Positions 52,335-61,537 of a stretch of DNA of 64,000 nt are shown piece by piece. Within the stretch, counting starts at the first letter, position 1. Each line of letters starts with the position of its first letter. The notes beneath the pieces are model-generated. The model did no database searches, had not been told where the DNA came from, and was given only the letters and a program-made list of their open reading frames with translations. The position numbers and the translations under genes are program-made. Source of the stretch: a virus; the IMG/VR virus record IMGVR_UViG_3300032236_001065, positions 1 through 64,000 of that record; one strand, 5' to 3'.

Positions 52335-53235
52335 CATTGCTTTGACAATGGGTCTCAAAGGAGGCTTGGGCTTTGGTCGTCAAGTTCTTATTTGGGGAAA
52401 TAAATCTGCTGGTAAATCATCATTCTGTTTACAAATGATTGGTCAGGCACAGAAAGAAGGTAAGACTTGTGCTTGGATTGATGCAGAGGCATCATATGAC
52501 CCAGCATGGGCAGCCCGCTTGGGTGTTGATTCAGAATCTCTTATCTATTCACCAGCCAAATCTATCAATGACATGGTGGATGTTGCACAGCAACTTATGG
52601 AAGCGGGAGTAGATATTATTGTTGTAGATTCTATCTCAGCTTTACTTCCCGCCATTTATTTTGAGAAAGATAGTTCTGATCTCAAGAAACTTGAAGACAC
52701 CAAGCAGATTGGTGCAGAAGCAAAGGATATGACACATGCAGTCAAAATGCTTAACTATGCCAATAAGAATACATTACTCGTGCTTATTTCTCAACAGAGA
52801 AATCAATTCGGTAGCATGCATGCATCGCACATCCCTACAGGCGGAATGGCAGTTAAGTTTTTTAGCAGTACCGTCATTAAACTTTGGGCATCGGAAGCTG
52901 ATGCGAATGCTATTAAGGCTGGAATCCAAGTTGGTGACAAGATTATTGAACAAAAAGTTGGTAGACCAGTCAATTGGATTATTGACTACAACAAAACTGG
53001 GCCAATGGGTTTATCAGGCCAGTACGACTTTTATTTTCAAGGTGATAAAGTTGGAGTTGACGTTGTTGGCGAGATCCTAGATACTGCAGAAATGATGGGC
53101 ATTGTACAAAAAGGCGGTGCTTGGTACACTGTTAATGAAGAACGTTTTCAGGGTCGTGCAAAAGCCGTAGAATATTTGCGGGAAAATCCAGATGTAGCTG
53201 AAAAGATTAAGGGAGAAATATATGACAAGTCTTGA
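52237..53235 (+). CDS. recA: RecA-like recombinase
   Basis: Walker A GNKSAGKS, IDAE, VVDS, SQ.R, TGG.A..F, GAWY...QG. Confidence 0.93.
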   Translation: MITEEILAKLDPKTRSRLQLATTVSVEKQKTPSIALTMGLKGGLGFGRQVLIWGNKSAGKSSFCLQMIGQAQKEGKTCAWIDAEASYDPAWAARLGVDSESLIYSPAKSINDMVDVAQQLMEAGVDIIVVDSISALLPAIYFEKDSSDLKKLEDTKQIGAEAKDMTHAVKMLNYANKNTLLVLISQQRNQFGSMHASHIPTGGMAVKFFSSTVIKLWASEADANAIKAGIQVGDKIIEQKVGRPVNWIIDYNKTGPMGLSGQYDFYFQGDKVGVDVVGEILDTAEMMGIVQKGGAWYTVNEERFQGRAKAVEYLRENPDVAEKIKGEIYDKS

Positions 53236-53413
53236 GCAGTTTCTTAATAAAGATACAAAAACAAAGCACAAGAGAGTTGAACCAGCAAGCGGTTCATTTG
53301 CTTGTCAAAGTCAAGATTGCAAAGAAATTGTCTTTGAAGGTTTTGTTGATAAAGAAGAAAATCGTCTCTACTGGATATGCAGTCAGAACCATGAATCAAG
53401 TGTGGTATTTTAA
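53222..53413 (+). CDS. Small Zn-binding protein
   Basis: CQ..C...W.C...H. Confidence 0.6.
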   Translation: MTSLEQFLNKDTKTKHKRVEPASGSFACQSQDCKEIVFEGFVDKEENRLYWICSQNHESSVVF

Positions 53414-53721
53414 TGTCAGAGCGTGGAGAAATCAAGCGTGATGGAGCAAAAGGACAAAAAAATTCTGGTCGTGGCGATTACCAAAAGGGAGACGCTCAAT
53501 GGCATAATTTTGTGGTTGATTATAAAGAGTATGAGAAGTCAATCTCTATATCAAAAGCTATTTGGGCTAAAATTTGTACGGACACCTTTAAGGTGGATAG
53601 GAATAAGAGTCCAGTTCTCAAGCTTATCCTTGGTGGAGAAGGCTCTAAAACTAGACTTGCAGTAATTGAATGGGCTTTGTTGGAACAACTAATTGAGTGT
53701 TGGGAGACACATAATGATTGA
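53413..53721 (+). CDS. PD-(D/E)XK Holliday junction resolvase-like protein
   Basis: E......SG....KGD......D.K motif. Confidence 0.65.
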   Translation: MSERGEIKRDGAKGQKNSGRGDYQKGDAQWHNFVVDYKEYEKSISISKAIWAKICTDTFKVDRNKSPVLKLILGGEGSKTRLAVIEWALLEQLIECWETHND

Positions 53722-53896
53722 TGATACTAACCTAGATGAGTTTCAAATCTGGTTTCAAAATGGTGTAGAGCGTGGATGGATTTCAGATGTTTTCTGTGCA
53801 ACCCACGATGGAGTACCATCTATTTCTGAGGAAGAAGAAAAGGAATGGGAAGAAGGCGGAGACCCATGCCAGTTCTGCGTTAGGATTCTTGAATGA
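53714..53896 (+). CDS. Hypothetical protein (start ATG 53714)
   Basis: W...G...GWI...C.THDG.P...E..W..G.DPC. Confidence 0.65.
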   Translation: MIDDTNLDEFQIWFQNGVERGWISDVFCATHDGVPSISEEEEKEWEEGGDPCQFCVRILE

Positions 53897-54219
53897 CAGA
53901 AAAGCCAGTTATTGAATTAATCAGCGAACTTACAGAGTTCAATGATATGAAGCAATTCATGAGTGACCCAGATCTTGACTATGCTCTTGATTTGATTATT
54001 AAGCTTATTGCAAAGCCAGATGTTCCATCATCAAAGGCTCCCGATCTTATTGTAAAGATGCAGGCTTTGTCTGCTAAGTTTGCTATGATGTCACGCTATT
54101 ACACCACCTTTGAAAAAGGCGGGGAGAACAGCAAGAAGAAGAACGTGTATTACACAGCTGAAGAAGCAATCAATAGATTAGTAGATGCTCTAAAGTATTC
54201 TGCAAAGTATGGAGCATAA
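53893..54219 (+). CDS. Hypothetical helical protein
   Basis: Coupled ORF. Confidence 0.6.
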   Translation: MTEKPVIELISELTEFNDMKQFMSDPDLDYALDLIIKLIAKPDVPSSKAPDLIVKMQALSAKFAMMSRYYTTFEKGGENSKKKNVYYTAEEAINRLVDALKYSAKYGA

Positions 54220-54335
54220 TGAATTTTTTAAGAAGACTTTTCCATAAGCATGTTTCAACAGATATAGCATGCCCTTTTACTGGAAAGACATACATAATGT
54301 GCTCTGAATGTGGTAAAAGGATTGGTGTCAGATAA
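54219..54335 (+). CDS. 38-aa Zn-finger-like peptide; not in ORF track
   Basis: MNFLRRLFHKHVSTDIACPFTGKTYIMCSECGKRIGVR; TAATG-coupled at both ends. Confidence 0.65.
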   Translation: MNFLRRLFHKHVSTDIACPFTGKTYIMCSECGKRIGVR

Positions 54336-55120
54336 TGGGAAGAGATTTAATAGCTAATTTAAAGTTTCAAAAGGTATCAGACCCAGAAGGCTTTGATCCA
54401 ATTAAATTTGCAGAAATGTATGAGGAGGCAGTATTAAGTGGAAAAAGACCAAACGAATTCACGCAGAAGAAAACTTTTAGCCCTAGCACTGTTGGTTATG
54501 GTAATGGTAACTGCCCTAGATATTGGTTCATTGCTTTTACTGGTGCTGAGTTTGAAAATGAAACTGATGCTATGGGTGTCGTTAACATGGATAATGGTAC
54601 GTATGTTCATGATCGCATTCAGAAAGTCATGGCTAAAACTCCAGTATTCAAGGCAAATGAAACAGAAGTTACCCATGATGATCCTCCAATTAGAGGATTT
54701 GCAGACACTTTTATTGAATGGAACGGAAAAGAAGTAGTAGGCGAAATCAAGTCTGCCAAAGAAGAAATATTTGCAATCAGACAAGCTGAGATGCAAGGGC
54801 TTCCATACCATAAAGTTCAGCTATTAACTTATATGAAAATACGTGGAGCAAAGCAAGGTTTCTTTTTCTATGAAAATAAAAATGATAATTCATTTTTAAT
54901 TATTCCAATTAACATGGATGAAAAGAATGCCAAGCTTGTTGACGGTGTATGGGACTGGATGCGTAAAGTATACGGTGCATATGAGGATGGAACTTTGCCA
55001 GAAAGAACATTTACCAAATCAACATGGGCATGTAAGGGTTGTCCAGTTAAGAAGGTATGTTGGGCTGAGAAGAAAGATCTCGGTGAGGTTTACATAGAAC
55101 CGTTGGTGCTTGAAAAATGA
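54335..55120 (+). CDS. Cas4-like PD-(D/E)XK exonuclease
   Basis: CPR, G...H, G.AD, EIKS, Q...Y, C..CP....C. Confidence 0.85.
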   Translation: MGRDLIANLKFQKVSDPEGFDPIKFAEMYEEAVLSGKRPNEFTQKKTFSPSTVGYGNGNCPRYWFIAFTGAEFENETDAMGVVNMDNGTYVHDRIQKVMAKTPVFKANETEVTHDDPPIRGFADTFIEWNGKEVVGEIKSAKEEIFAIRQAEMQGLPYHKVQLLTYMKIRGAKQGFFFYENKNDNSFLIIPINMDEKNAKLVDGVWDWMRKVYGAYEDGTLPERTFTKSTWACKGCPVKKVCWAEKKDLGEVYIEPLVLEK

Positions 55121-55404
55121 AATGTGCCTATGATGAATGTAAAAAAGAATTTACTCCTAAAACACACAATCAGAAATATTGCTCTGATGAATGTTGCCGA
55201 ATAGCAACTAATCAAAAATTAAAAGAAGCTTACTATGAGAAGAAGGCAAGACTTGCGGGCAAGCAAAGGATTTGTAAAACTAAAGGCTGCAATGTAATTT
55301 TGAGTAGATATAATGAATCAAGCATATGTGATAAGTGTGTCAGCTCTTCTAAAGAAAATGATAGAAAAGCCCTAATAGAAATGATAGAAAATGTCATTGG
55401 CTAA
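55117..55404 (+). CDS. Zn-finger protein
   Basis: C....C...F.......YCS..C and a second C....C...C..C. Confidence 0.7.
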   Translation: MKCAYDECKKEFTPKTHNQKYCSDECCRIATNQKLKEAYYEKKARLAGKQRICKTKGCNVILSRYNESSICDKCVSSSKENDRKALIEMIENVIG

Positions 55405-55948
55405 GCTTGTAAAGCCCAGAGGTACTAAAGTGCTAGGCATAGATGCCAGCACTAATAGCCTTGCATTTTGCTTGATGAATGGAAAAGAGGCGGTTAAATG
55501 GGGAGAGATCACATTTGACGGGGCAGATGTATACGAAAGAATACTTGATGCCAAAAGAAAGATTAAATCATTTAAGAATCAGCTAGATACTGATTTTGTT
55601 GTTATAGAGGCTGCTATATCAGTTAAGTCAGTGCACACGGGAATGAAAATGGCATACGTATTTGGTGCTATAATGGGAGAGTTGCTTAGTAATAATGTTG
55701 AGGTAGTGGAGGTTCACCCCATAACCTGGCAGTCATACCTTGGAAACAAGAATTATACTAAGGCAGAGAAAGAGGCGATTAAACTTGAATTCCCAGGAAA
55801 ATCAGATAACTGGATTAAAGCAAAAATCAGAGAAAGAAGAAAACAAAGGACGATTGACTTTGTTAGAAATATGGGCGTTAAAACTGAGTCCGATAATGTC
55901 GCTGATGCGGCGGGAATAGCGTGGTATGCAGTAAATGAAATTATATGA
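55391..55948 (+). CDS. ruvC: RuvC-like resolvase
   Basis: LGIDAS, VIE, P..W...G, K, DN.ADA. Confidence 0.85.
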   Translation: MSLAKLVKPRGTKVLGIDASTNSLAFCLMNGKEAVKWGEITFDGADVYERILDAKRKIKSFKNQLDTDFVVIEAAISVKSVHTGMKMAYVFGAIMGELLSNNVEVVEVHPITWQSYLGNKNYTKAEKEAIKLEFPGKSDNWIKAKIRERRKQRTIDFVRNMGVKTESDNVADAAGIAWYAVNEII

Positions 55949-56096
55949 CTCTAAAGAGTGGTGCTATAAAAGATATGTAGTAGAAAAGAAAAAAATTGTT
56001 GATATGGCTATGGAAGCTAAATGCTCACATATGACAATTCAGCGATCACTAGAAAGATTTGGATTTATCAAGAAACCTAGAAAGTGGACTAAATAA
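55935..56096 (+). CDS. 53-aa HTH protein; not in ORF track
   Basis: MKLYDSKEWCYKRYVVEKKKIVDMAMEAKCSHMTIQRSLERFGFIKKPRKWTK; TAATG-coupled to 56096. Confidence 0.7.
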   Translation: MKLYDSKEWCYKRYVVEKKKIVDMAMEAKCSHMTIQRSLERFGFIKKPRKWTK

Positions 56097-56410
56097 TGGC
56101 AAAAAACTATGACGACCTATATTTGCATGCAGTAAATGCTCCATCTGGACATAGAATCCTTGACAAGTGTATGAATATAGCACAAATGCTTATTGATAAA
56201 AATATATCCTATGGCGACTCCGCCCTGTCTCCAAAAAGAATATTTTCAACTTCAGATAATGTAGAGCAGCTTAAAGTAAGAATTGATGATAAGTTAAATC
56301 GTATTGCAAATGCTCAAGGATACCCAGGCGATAATGATATTGATGATATGATTGGTTATTTAATCTTACTTAAAATTGCTATTGACAAGAACCGACAAGA
56401 TGGAGTATAA
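56096..56410 (+). CDS. DUF1599/Nmad1-like all-alpha (MazG-related) protein
   Basis: KN..YGDS, RIDDKL.R, D..GY..L. Confidence 0.65.
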   Translation: MAKNYDDLYLHAVNAPSGHRILDKCMNIAQMLIDKNISYGDSALSPKRIFSTSDNVEQLKVRIDDKLNRIANAQGYPGDNDIDDMIGYLILLKIAIDKNRQDGV

Positions 56411-56411
56411 T
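56382..56411 (+). promoter_or_regulatory. Consensus promoter giving a leaderless transcript
   Basis: TTGACA-N18-TATAAT, ATG 5 nt downstream. Confidence 0.8.
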
Positions 56412-56416
56412 TAAGT

Positions 56417-56596
56417 ATGCCAACATATCCATATGCTTGTGTAAATTGCGATACAAGTGAAGAAGTGACTAGAAAATTTAATGACCCAGAAGTAATTCCG
56501 CCATGCCCAACTTGTGGGTATAAAATGGCAAGAGTATATACCCCCGCAGGAATCCAATTTAAGGGTTCTGGTTTTTACAAAACAGATAATGGATAA
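56417..56596 (+). CDS. FmdB-family Zn-ribbon protein; not in ORF track
   Basis: MPTYPYACVNC...CPTCG...RVY....I.FKGSGFYKTD. Confidence 0.88.
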   Translation: MPTYPYACVNCDTSEEVTRKFNDPEVIPPCPTCGYKMARVYTPAGIQFKGSGFYKTDNG

Positions 56597-56597
56597 A

Positions 56598-57332
56598 ATG
56601 GAAAATCAAGAAGATTTTGAAAAACATGAAAGAATATTTTATTTAAAAAAACAATTAGAAATTTTTGAAGCAGCTGATGTAGAATATTCCAGGTTCGGCA
56701 GCACAAATGATGGTGGATACATTCTTGTAAATGATCTGGTTAATGATGATTATTTGCTTTCAATGGGTGTTGAAGGAAACGTAGACTTTGAAAAAGATTT
56801 ATCTAAAATAATTTCAGGTATGGACTTGTACGATTTTTCTGTTTCAGATTTACCTGAACCAATAAATAATTCAATTTTTTTTCAAGAAAAAATTGGTTTA
56901 AAGGAAAATGGCGATACAGACTTGTCAGCCTGCCTAGAAAGAATTAGTTTGACTACAGACTTAATTTGGAAGATGGATATAGAGGGCGGGGAGTTAGATA
57001 TTTTGCCTTATGTTACAGAAGATCAACTAAATAGGTTTAGACAAATAGTCATTGAATTCCATGATATGGATAGACTTGAATCAGACATGGAATATTATAA
57101 TAAGGTTTTATCTTCGCTTATTAGTATAAGGAGAACACATACGCCAGTTCTTGTTCATCCTAATAACAATATACATTTAATAGTAATAGGAAATTCTCCA
57201 GTACCGCCAGTTTTTGAAGTATTGTATTTAAGAAATTCAAGCTATTCTTTTAAAAACAAAATAGATCCGTTTAAAAATTTGATTGCTAGAAATAATTTAA
57301 TTAAGCCAGAGATAGGATTGACATTTCCATGA
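56598..57332 (+). CDS. FkbM-like SAM-dependent methyltransferase (start corrected to ATG 56598)
   Basis: R.G...DGGY, S.GV....FE, KMDIEG.E, QIVIEFH, H.NN. Confidence 0.8.
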   Translation: MENQEDFEKHERIFYLKKQLEIFEAADVEYSRFGSTNDGGYILVNDLVNDDYLLSMGVEGNVDFEKDLSKIISGMDLYDFSVSDLPEPINNSIFFQEKIGLKENGDTDLSACLERISLTTDLIWKMDIEGGELDILPYVTEDQLNRFRQIVIEFHDMDRLESDMEYYNKVLSSLISIRRTHTPVLVHPNNNIHLIVIGNSPVPPVFEVLYLRNSSYSFKNKIDPFKNLIARNNLIKPEIGLTFP

Positions 57333-58090
57333 AAAAGAAAATACTCATTTATTGTCTTTTCAGAGACTCGTCATATTATATAAAATTTCATTATAAAATG
57401 ATGAAGCAAATTGTTGAAACTTTTCCAGAAATAGAATTTTATTATTCAGCATATGAAAATGATTCAATTGATAGTACGCCAGAGTTACTTCAGAATTTGA
57501 ACTGGTCATTTTTTAAAGATTATTCAATAGTTACTGAAAAACTAGATACAAAAAAGTATGGTCCAGTAATGGCAGAAGACAGGGTAAAAAATCTTTCCAT
57601 AGCAAGAAACAAAGCTGTTGAAGCAAAAGATTTTTATAAAGATGTTGATTATATAATGATGTTTGAATCAGACATTGTTTTTGATATTTCAACTGTAAAA
57701 AAGATTATTAATTTTGATATAGTTGAGCCAGAGTTTGATATAGTTTCTGGCTTTACTTCTTTCATGAGAGATCCAATATTAATATATGATACTTGGGCTA
57801 CCCGAACGACCAATAGATACGACAATGATTTGCATCCAATTGATTTAAAACCAGATTGGCAGAATACCTATTACGACACTTACTATACAACATCAAATGG
57901 AATTTGTTTGATGAAGGCCGAGCCATTTAAAAAAGGTGTGCGATACGATTATATAAATAAAAGTTATGGAAAATTTGACTGTGAAACAGCAGTACTATGC
58001 AAAAACTTTAGGGATCATAATTACAACAATATTTATATAATTCATAAAGCTCTTATATATCATGGAGTGGCACTAAATGATTCCGATTAA
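57329..58090 (+). CDS. GT-A fold glycosyltransferase (Anp1/CAP59-like motifs)
   Basis: YENDS.D.T, R...L..ARN, ESD (DxD equivalent), YDTWATR, CE. Confidence 0.75.
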   Translation: MKKKILIYCLFRDSSYYIKFHYKMMKQIVETFPEIEFYYSAYENDSIDSTPELLQNLNWSFFKDYSIVTEKLDTKKYGPVMAEDRVKNLSIARNKAVEAKDFYKDVDYIMMFESDIVFDISTVKKIINFDIVEPEFDIVSGFTSFMRDPILIYDTWATRTTNRYDNDLHPIDLKPDWQNTYYDTYYTTSNGICLMKAEPFKKGVRYDYINKSYGKFDCETAVLCKNFRDHNYNNIYIIHKALIYHGVALNDSD

Positions 58091-58418
58091 AGAAAACAGA
58101 CCGTGGGGATTTTACAGATCCCTGGAAGAGTCAGAGAACTATAAGGTTAAATATATTTGGGTAGACTCTGGTCATAAACTATCTTATCAAACCCACAAAT
58201 ATAGAAGTGAACATTGGTTCATTGTCTCTGGTGTAGCATTGGTTACTATAAATGATGAGCAAAATGTAATGTATGGCGGGGACAGTGTGGATATTCCAGT
58301 TGGCACACCACATAGAATAGAAGCTTTAAATACACCAGTAGAGTTTATAGAGGTCCAGTCTGGCACATATTTTGGTGAAGATGACATAGTTAGAATAGAG
58401 GATGCATATGGCAGATAA
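58077..58418 (+). CDS. Cupin, mannose-6-phosphate isomerase type II C-terminal domain
   Basis: RPWG, S.Q.H..RSEHW.V, H.I, EVQ.G.Y.GEDDI.R.ED.YGR. Confidence 0.9.
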   Translation: MIPIKENRPWGFYRSLEESENYKVKYIWVDSGHKLSYQTHKYRSEHWFIVSGVALVTINDEQNVMYGGDSVDIPVGTPHRIEALNTPVEFIEVQSGTYFGEDDIVRIEDAYGR

Positions 58419-58938
58419 TGAGATTGAATTAGCTGGTCAATTTGATCAAATGAATAAGGTTATTGAAGAGTTGCTAAAAGGTAATTCTCCAGCACAGATA
58501 GCCCGCTCTTTAGACCTTACCCGTGTTCAAGTAGAAAACTATATTGATGCATGGAAGGGCTTTGTCCATGACAATAAAGCTATACGTGAACGTGCAAAAG
58601 AAGCTTTAGCGGGAGCGGATGAGCATTACAATATGCTTATCAAAGAAGCTTGGGTTACATTAAACCAAGCAGATGCACAGGATGCACCTAATATTAAAGC
58701 ACAAGTAATTAAGCTTATTGCTGACATTGAAGCAAAGCGTATTGATATGTTAAACAAGGCGGGAGTTCTAGAAGATACTTCTATGGCTGACCAGATCCTA
58801 GAATCAGAAAGAAAACAAGATATTCTTGTTGGTATTCTTAGAGATGTAACTTCATCTTGTGAACATTGCAAGTGGGAAGTATCAAGAAGATTGTCAGAAG
58901 TAACTGGACAAGTAGAGGCAGTTGTTATAAGTGACTGA
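58408..58938 (+). CDS. Putative terminase small subunit
   Basis: N-terminal HTH (QIARSL.L.R.QV); overlaps terL start. Confidence 0.6.
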   Translation: MADNEIELAGQFDQMNKVIEELLKGNSPAQIARSLDLTRVQVENYIDAWKGFVHDNKAIRERAKEALAGADEHYNMLIKEAWVTLNQADAQDAPNIKAQVIKLIADIEAKRIDMLNKAGVLEDTSMADQILESERKQDILVGILRDVTSSCEHCKWEVSRRLSEVTGQVEAVVISD

Positions 58939-60772
58939 TTTTAATGTATTCCTTGATGCACTTGAGGGAGATGAGTTTTCTGAAAAACCTGCATCTCTTG
59001 AGGAGTTTGTAACAAGCAAGGATTACCTTGGTTTGCCACCATTGTCGCAATACCAGTATCAAATGATTAGGGCTTCAACACAAATTTATAAGCGTGAAAC
59101 TTTGCGTAAACTTTATGGCGAAGAAGAAGGCGAAAAGATTTGGAAGCAAACTTGTTCTGAAGTTATTTTACAGCTAGGTAAAGGTTCTGGAAAAGACTAT
59201 ACATCTACTATTGCTTGTGCCTACATGGTACATTTGCTTTTATGCCTAACTGATCCAGCAAGATATTATGGAAAGCCACCAGGCGATGCTATTGATATTA
59301 TCAATATTGCTATTAACGCTATTCAAGCCAACCGAGTATTCTTTAAAGGATTTACACAGCGTATTGAAAAGTCACCCTGGTTTCAAGGAAAGTATATTGC
59401 TAAAGCAAATATGGTTGAATTTGATAAAGCTGTAACAGTTCACTCAGGCCACTCTGAACGTGAAGCATGGGAAGGTTATAACGTTCTTGTAGTTATCCTT
59501 GATGAAATTTCAGGCTTTGAATTGGAATCAACTTCTGGCCATGAACAAGCGAAGACTGCATCATCAATTTATAAGATGTACCGTGCATCTGTAAACTCTC
59601 GTTTTCCAGATTTTGGTAAAGTAATTCTACTTTCATTTCCACGTTTTAAGAACGATTATATCCAACAAAAGTATAACGAGGCGGTGGCTGAGAAGGAAGT
59701 AGTTCTTAGACATCATAAGTTTAAGGTAGACCCAGATCTTCCAGATGGCACAGAAGGTAATGAATTTGAAATGGAATGGGAAGAAGATCACATTATTTCA
59801 TACAAAGTGCCTAGAATGTATGCTTTAAAAAGACCAACATGGGAAATTAATCCTACCAGAACTATTGATGATTTTACTATTGACTTTTATACAGACCCTA
59901 CAGATGCTCTTTCTCGCTTTGCATGTATGCCTCCAGATGCCACAGATGCGTTCTTTAAAAACCGTGCGGTTATTGAAAAAGCATTTAGTAATCCAAATTT
60001 AAATGTAGATTCTTATGGAAGATTTGATGATTCATTCAAGCCTAAAGATAACATTAAATATTTTATGCATGTTGACTTAGCCCAAAAGCATGACCACTGT
60101 GCCGTAGCTTTAGCACATGTTGACGGCTGGGTGACAATGAAAATTGGTGACAAATATAAAGAAGCAGCACCCAGAGTTGTAGTGGATGCCGTAAGATATT
60201 GGACTCCAACAGCATCAAAGTCAGTTGATTTTACAGAAGTTAAAGATTATATTACAAGCGTCAGAGATCGTGGTTTTAATCTTAAAATGGTTACATTTGA
60301 CCGATGGAACTCTCACGACATGATGCAACAATTAAATGTTCACGGGATTAAAACTGAAGTCTTATCAGTTGCAAAGAAACATTATGAGGATATGTCTCTA
60401 ACTTTAACTGAAGAAAGATTGCATGGACCAAAAATCCAATTGCTTATAGATGAATTGCTACAACTTCGTATTGTTAAAGATAAAGTTGATCACCCTAGAA
60501 AAGGTTCTAAAGACCTTTCAGATGCTGTTTGTGGTTCAATATATAATGCTATTGCAATGACCCCACCAGATTCAGATAAAGAAGTTGAAATCTATTCTTA
60601 TTCTGGTGTATTTGCAGATGAATTAGCAAAACTTAAAGAAGAGTCAGATGCCAGATTAAAGACTGTTATTAAAATGCCTGAAAAACCTGATATGCCATCA
60701 AATTTGCGGGATTTCATGGGGCTTGATGAAGATGAAGACAATATCCCTATTGACAGCTTTAGAATACTATAG
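58931..60772 (+). CDS. terL: Terminase large subunit
   Basis: GKGSGKD, LDE, HVDLA, FDRWN, DHP..GSKD.SDA. Confidence 0.92.
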   Translation: MTDFNVFLDALEGDEFSEKPASLEEFVTSKDYLGLPPLSQYQYQMIRASTQIYKRETLRKLYGEEEGEKIWKQTCSEVILQLGKGSGKDYTSTIACAYMVHLLLCLTDPARYYGKPPGDAIDIINIAINAIQANRVFFKGFTQRIEKSPWFQGKYIAKANMVEFDKAVTVHSGHSEREAWEGYNVLVVILDEISGFELESTSGHEQAKTASSIYKMYRASVNSRFPDFGKVILLSFPRFKNDYIQQKYNEAVAEKEVVLRHHKFKVDPDLPDGTEGNEFEMEWEEDHIISYKVPRMYALKRPTWEINPTRTIDDFTIDFYTDPTDALSRFACMPPDATDAFFKNRAVIEKAFSNPNLNVDSYGRFDDSFKPKDNIKYFMHVDLAQKHDHCAVALAHVDGWVTMKIGDKYKEAAPRVVVDAVRYWTPTASKSVDFTEVKDYITSVRDRGFNLKMVTFDRWNSHDMMQQLNVHGIKTEVLSVAKKHYEDMSLTLTEERLHGPKIQLLIDELLQLRIVKDKVDHPRKGSKDLSDAVCGSIYNAIAMTPPDSDKEVEIYSYSGVFADELAKLKEESDARLKTVIKMPEKPDMPSNLRDFMGLDEDEDNIPIDSFRIL

Positions 60773-60778
60773 TAGAAT
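60750..60778 (+). promoter_or_regulatory. Promoter upstream of tRNA region
   Basis: TTGACA-N17-TAGAAT. Confidence 0.7.
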
Positions 60779-60808
60779 ACACCTACAACAACAAACAAAG
60801 GATAATAA

Positions 60809-61084
60809 ATGTTAGCGAATGGAACGATTAAAACAATTGAAGACGATGAAGATATCTATATTAGTTTAACTTCACTTTGTGAATATTTTACACAATCATC
60901 AGTAAATATGAAGAAAGAAATTGAAGGTGTAGAAACACGTAATAAGAGATATGCATTGGGATTATATGATATGATGCATACTATTGCACAAGAAATTGTA
61001 GAGTTGGGCAAGTTTGAAGCACAGCGTAGAATGATTGATACTCCTCAAGATATTCTTGATATCGCTGAAAAGTTTAAGAAGTAA
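60809..61084 (+). CDS. Hypothetical protein
   Basis: AAGGA SD. Confidence 0.6.
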   Translation: MLANGTIKTIEDDEDIYISLTSLCEYFTQSSVNMKKEIEGVETRNKRYALGLYDMMHTIAQEIVELGKFEAQRRMIDTPQDILDIAEKFKK

Positions 61085-61094
61085 ATTTTAAAAT

Positions 61095-61168
61095 TGGTCT
61101 GTAGCTCAATTGGCAGTAGCGTCCGACTGTTAATCGGAAGGTTGTAGGATCGTGCCCTACCAGACCAG
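61095..61168 (+). tRNA. tRNA-Asn(GTT)
   Basis: Acceptor TGGTCTG/CAGACCA, anticodon arm TCCGA-CTGTTAA-TCGGA, T arm GTAGG-ATCGTGC-CCTAC; no encoded CCA. Confidence 0.9.
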
Positions 61169-61203
61169 CAAATTATTAACCAACTAATAGAGAGAGTATA
61201 ATT

Positions 61204-61452
61204 ATGAATATGATGGCAGAAAAGACAGAGGAAGTAATTGATGATAAAGAGTTTGTACTTGGTCCTAGCAATCGCTGTGATTCTTGTTCTGCTGAGGCGT
61301 TAGTTTGGGTTAAAGGTGTTGCGGGAGAATTAATGTTTTGCGGACACCATTATTCAAAAAATGAAAATGCTCTGAAAGAATTTGCGTTTGAGATCATTGA
61401 TGAAAGAGAAAAGTTAATACAGAATAAATTAATTGGTGAAGCACACGCCTAA
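61204..61452 (+). CDS. Small Zn-binding protein (actinobacterial type)
   Basis: RCD.C.A.A......GEL.FCGHH; TATAAT 61197-61202 suggests a leaderless start at 61210. Confidence 0.7.
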   Translation: MNMMAEKTEEVIDDKEFVLGPSNRCDSCSAEALVWVKGVAGELMFCGHHYSKNENALKEFAFEIIDEREKLIQNKLIGEAHA

Positions 61453-61459
61453 TCAATAA

Positions 61460-61533
61460 GGAGCAATAGCTCAGTTGGTTAGAGCCCCCGACTCATAATC
61501 GGGTCGTCGTAGGTTCAAGTCCTACTTGCTCCA
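61460..61533 (+). tRNA. tRNA with CAT anticodon (Ile2-lysidine or elongator Met)
   Basis: GGAGCAA/TTGCTCC, GCTC/GAGC, CCCGA-CTCATAA-TCGGG, GTAGG-TTCAAGT-CCTAC; lacks initiator features; C29-G41 favours Ile2. Confidence 0.9.
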
Positions 61534-61537
61534 CTAA

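Noticed and set aside
54335-55120. CRISPR-Cas locus
   Set aside because: Solo Cas4-like nuclease in a recombination module; no repeat-spacer array or other cas genes seen
56514-56597. N-terminal extension of the methyltransferase
   Set aside because: Occupied by the FmdB gene in another frame; ATG 56598 directly follows its stop
45307-60772. Inteins or introns in helicase, DnaE, RecA or terminase
   Set aside because: Lengths are ordinary, motifs are contiguous, and no splice-junction or homing-endonuclease inserts were seen
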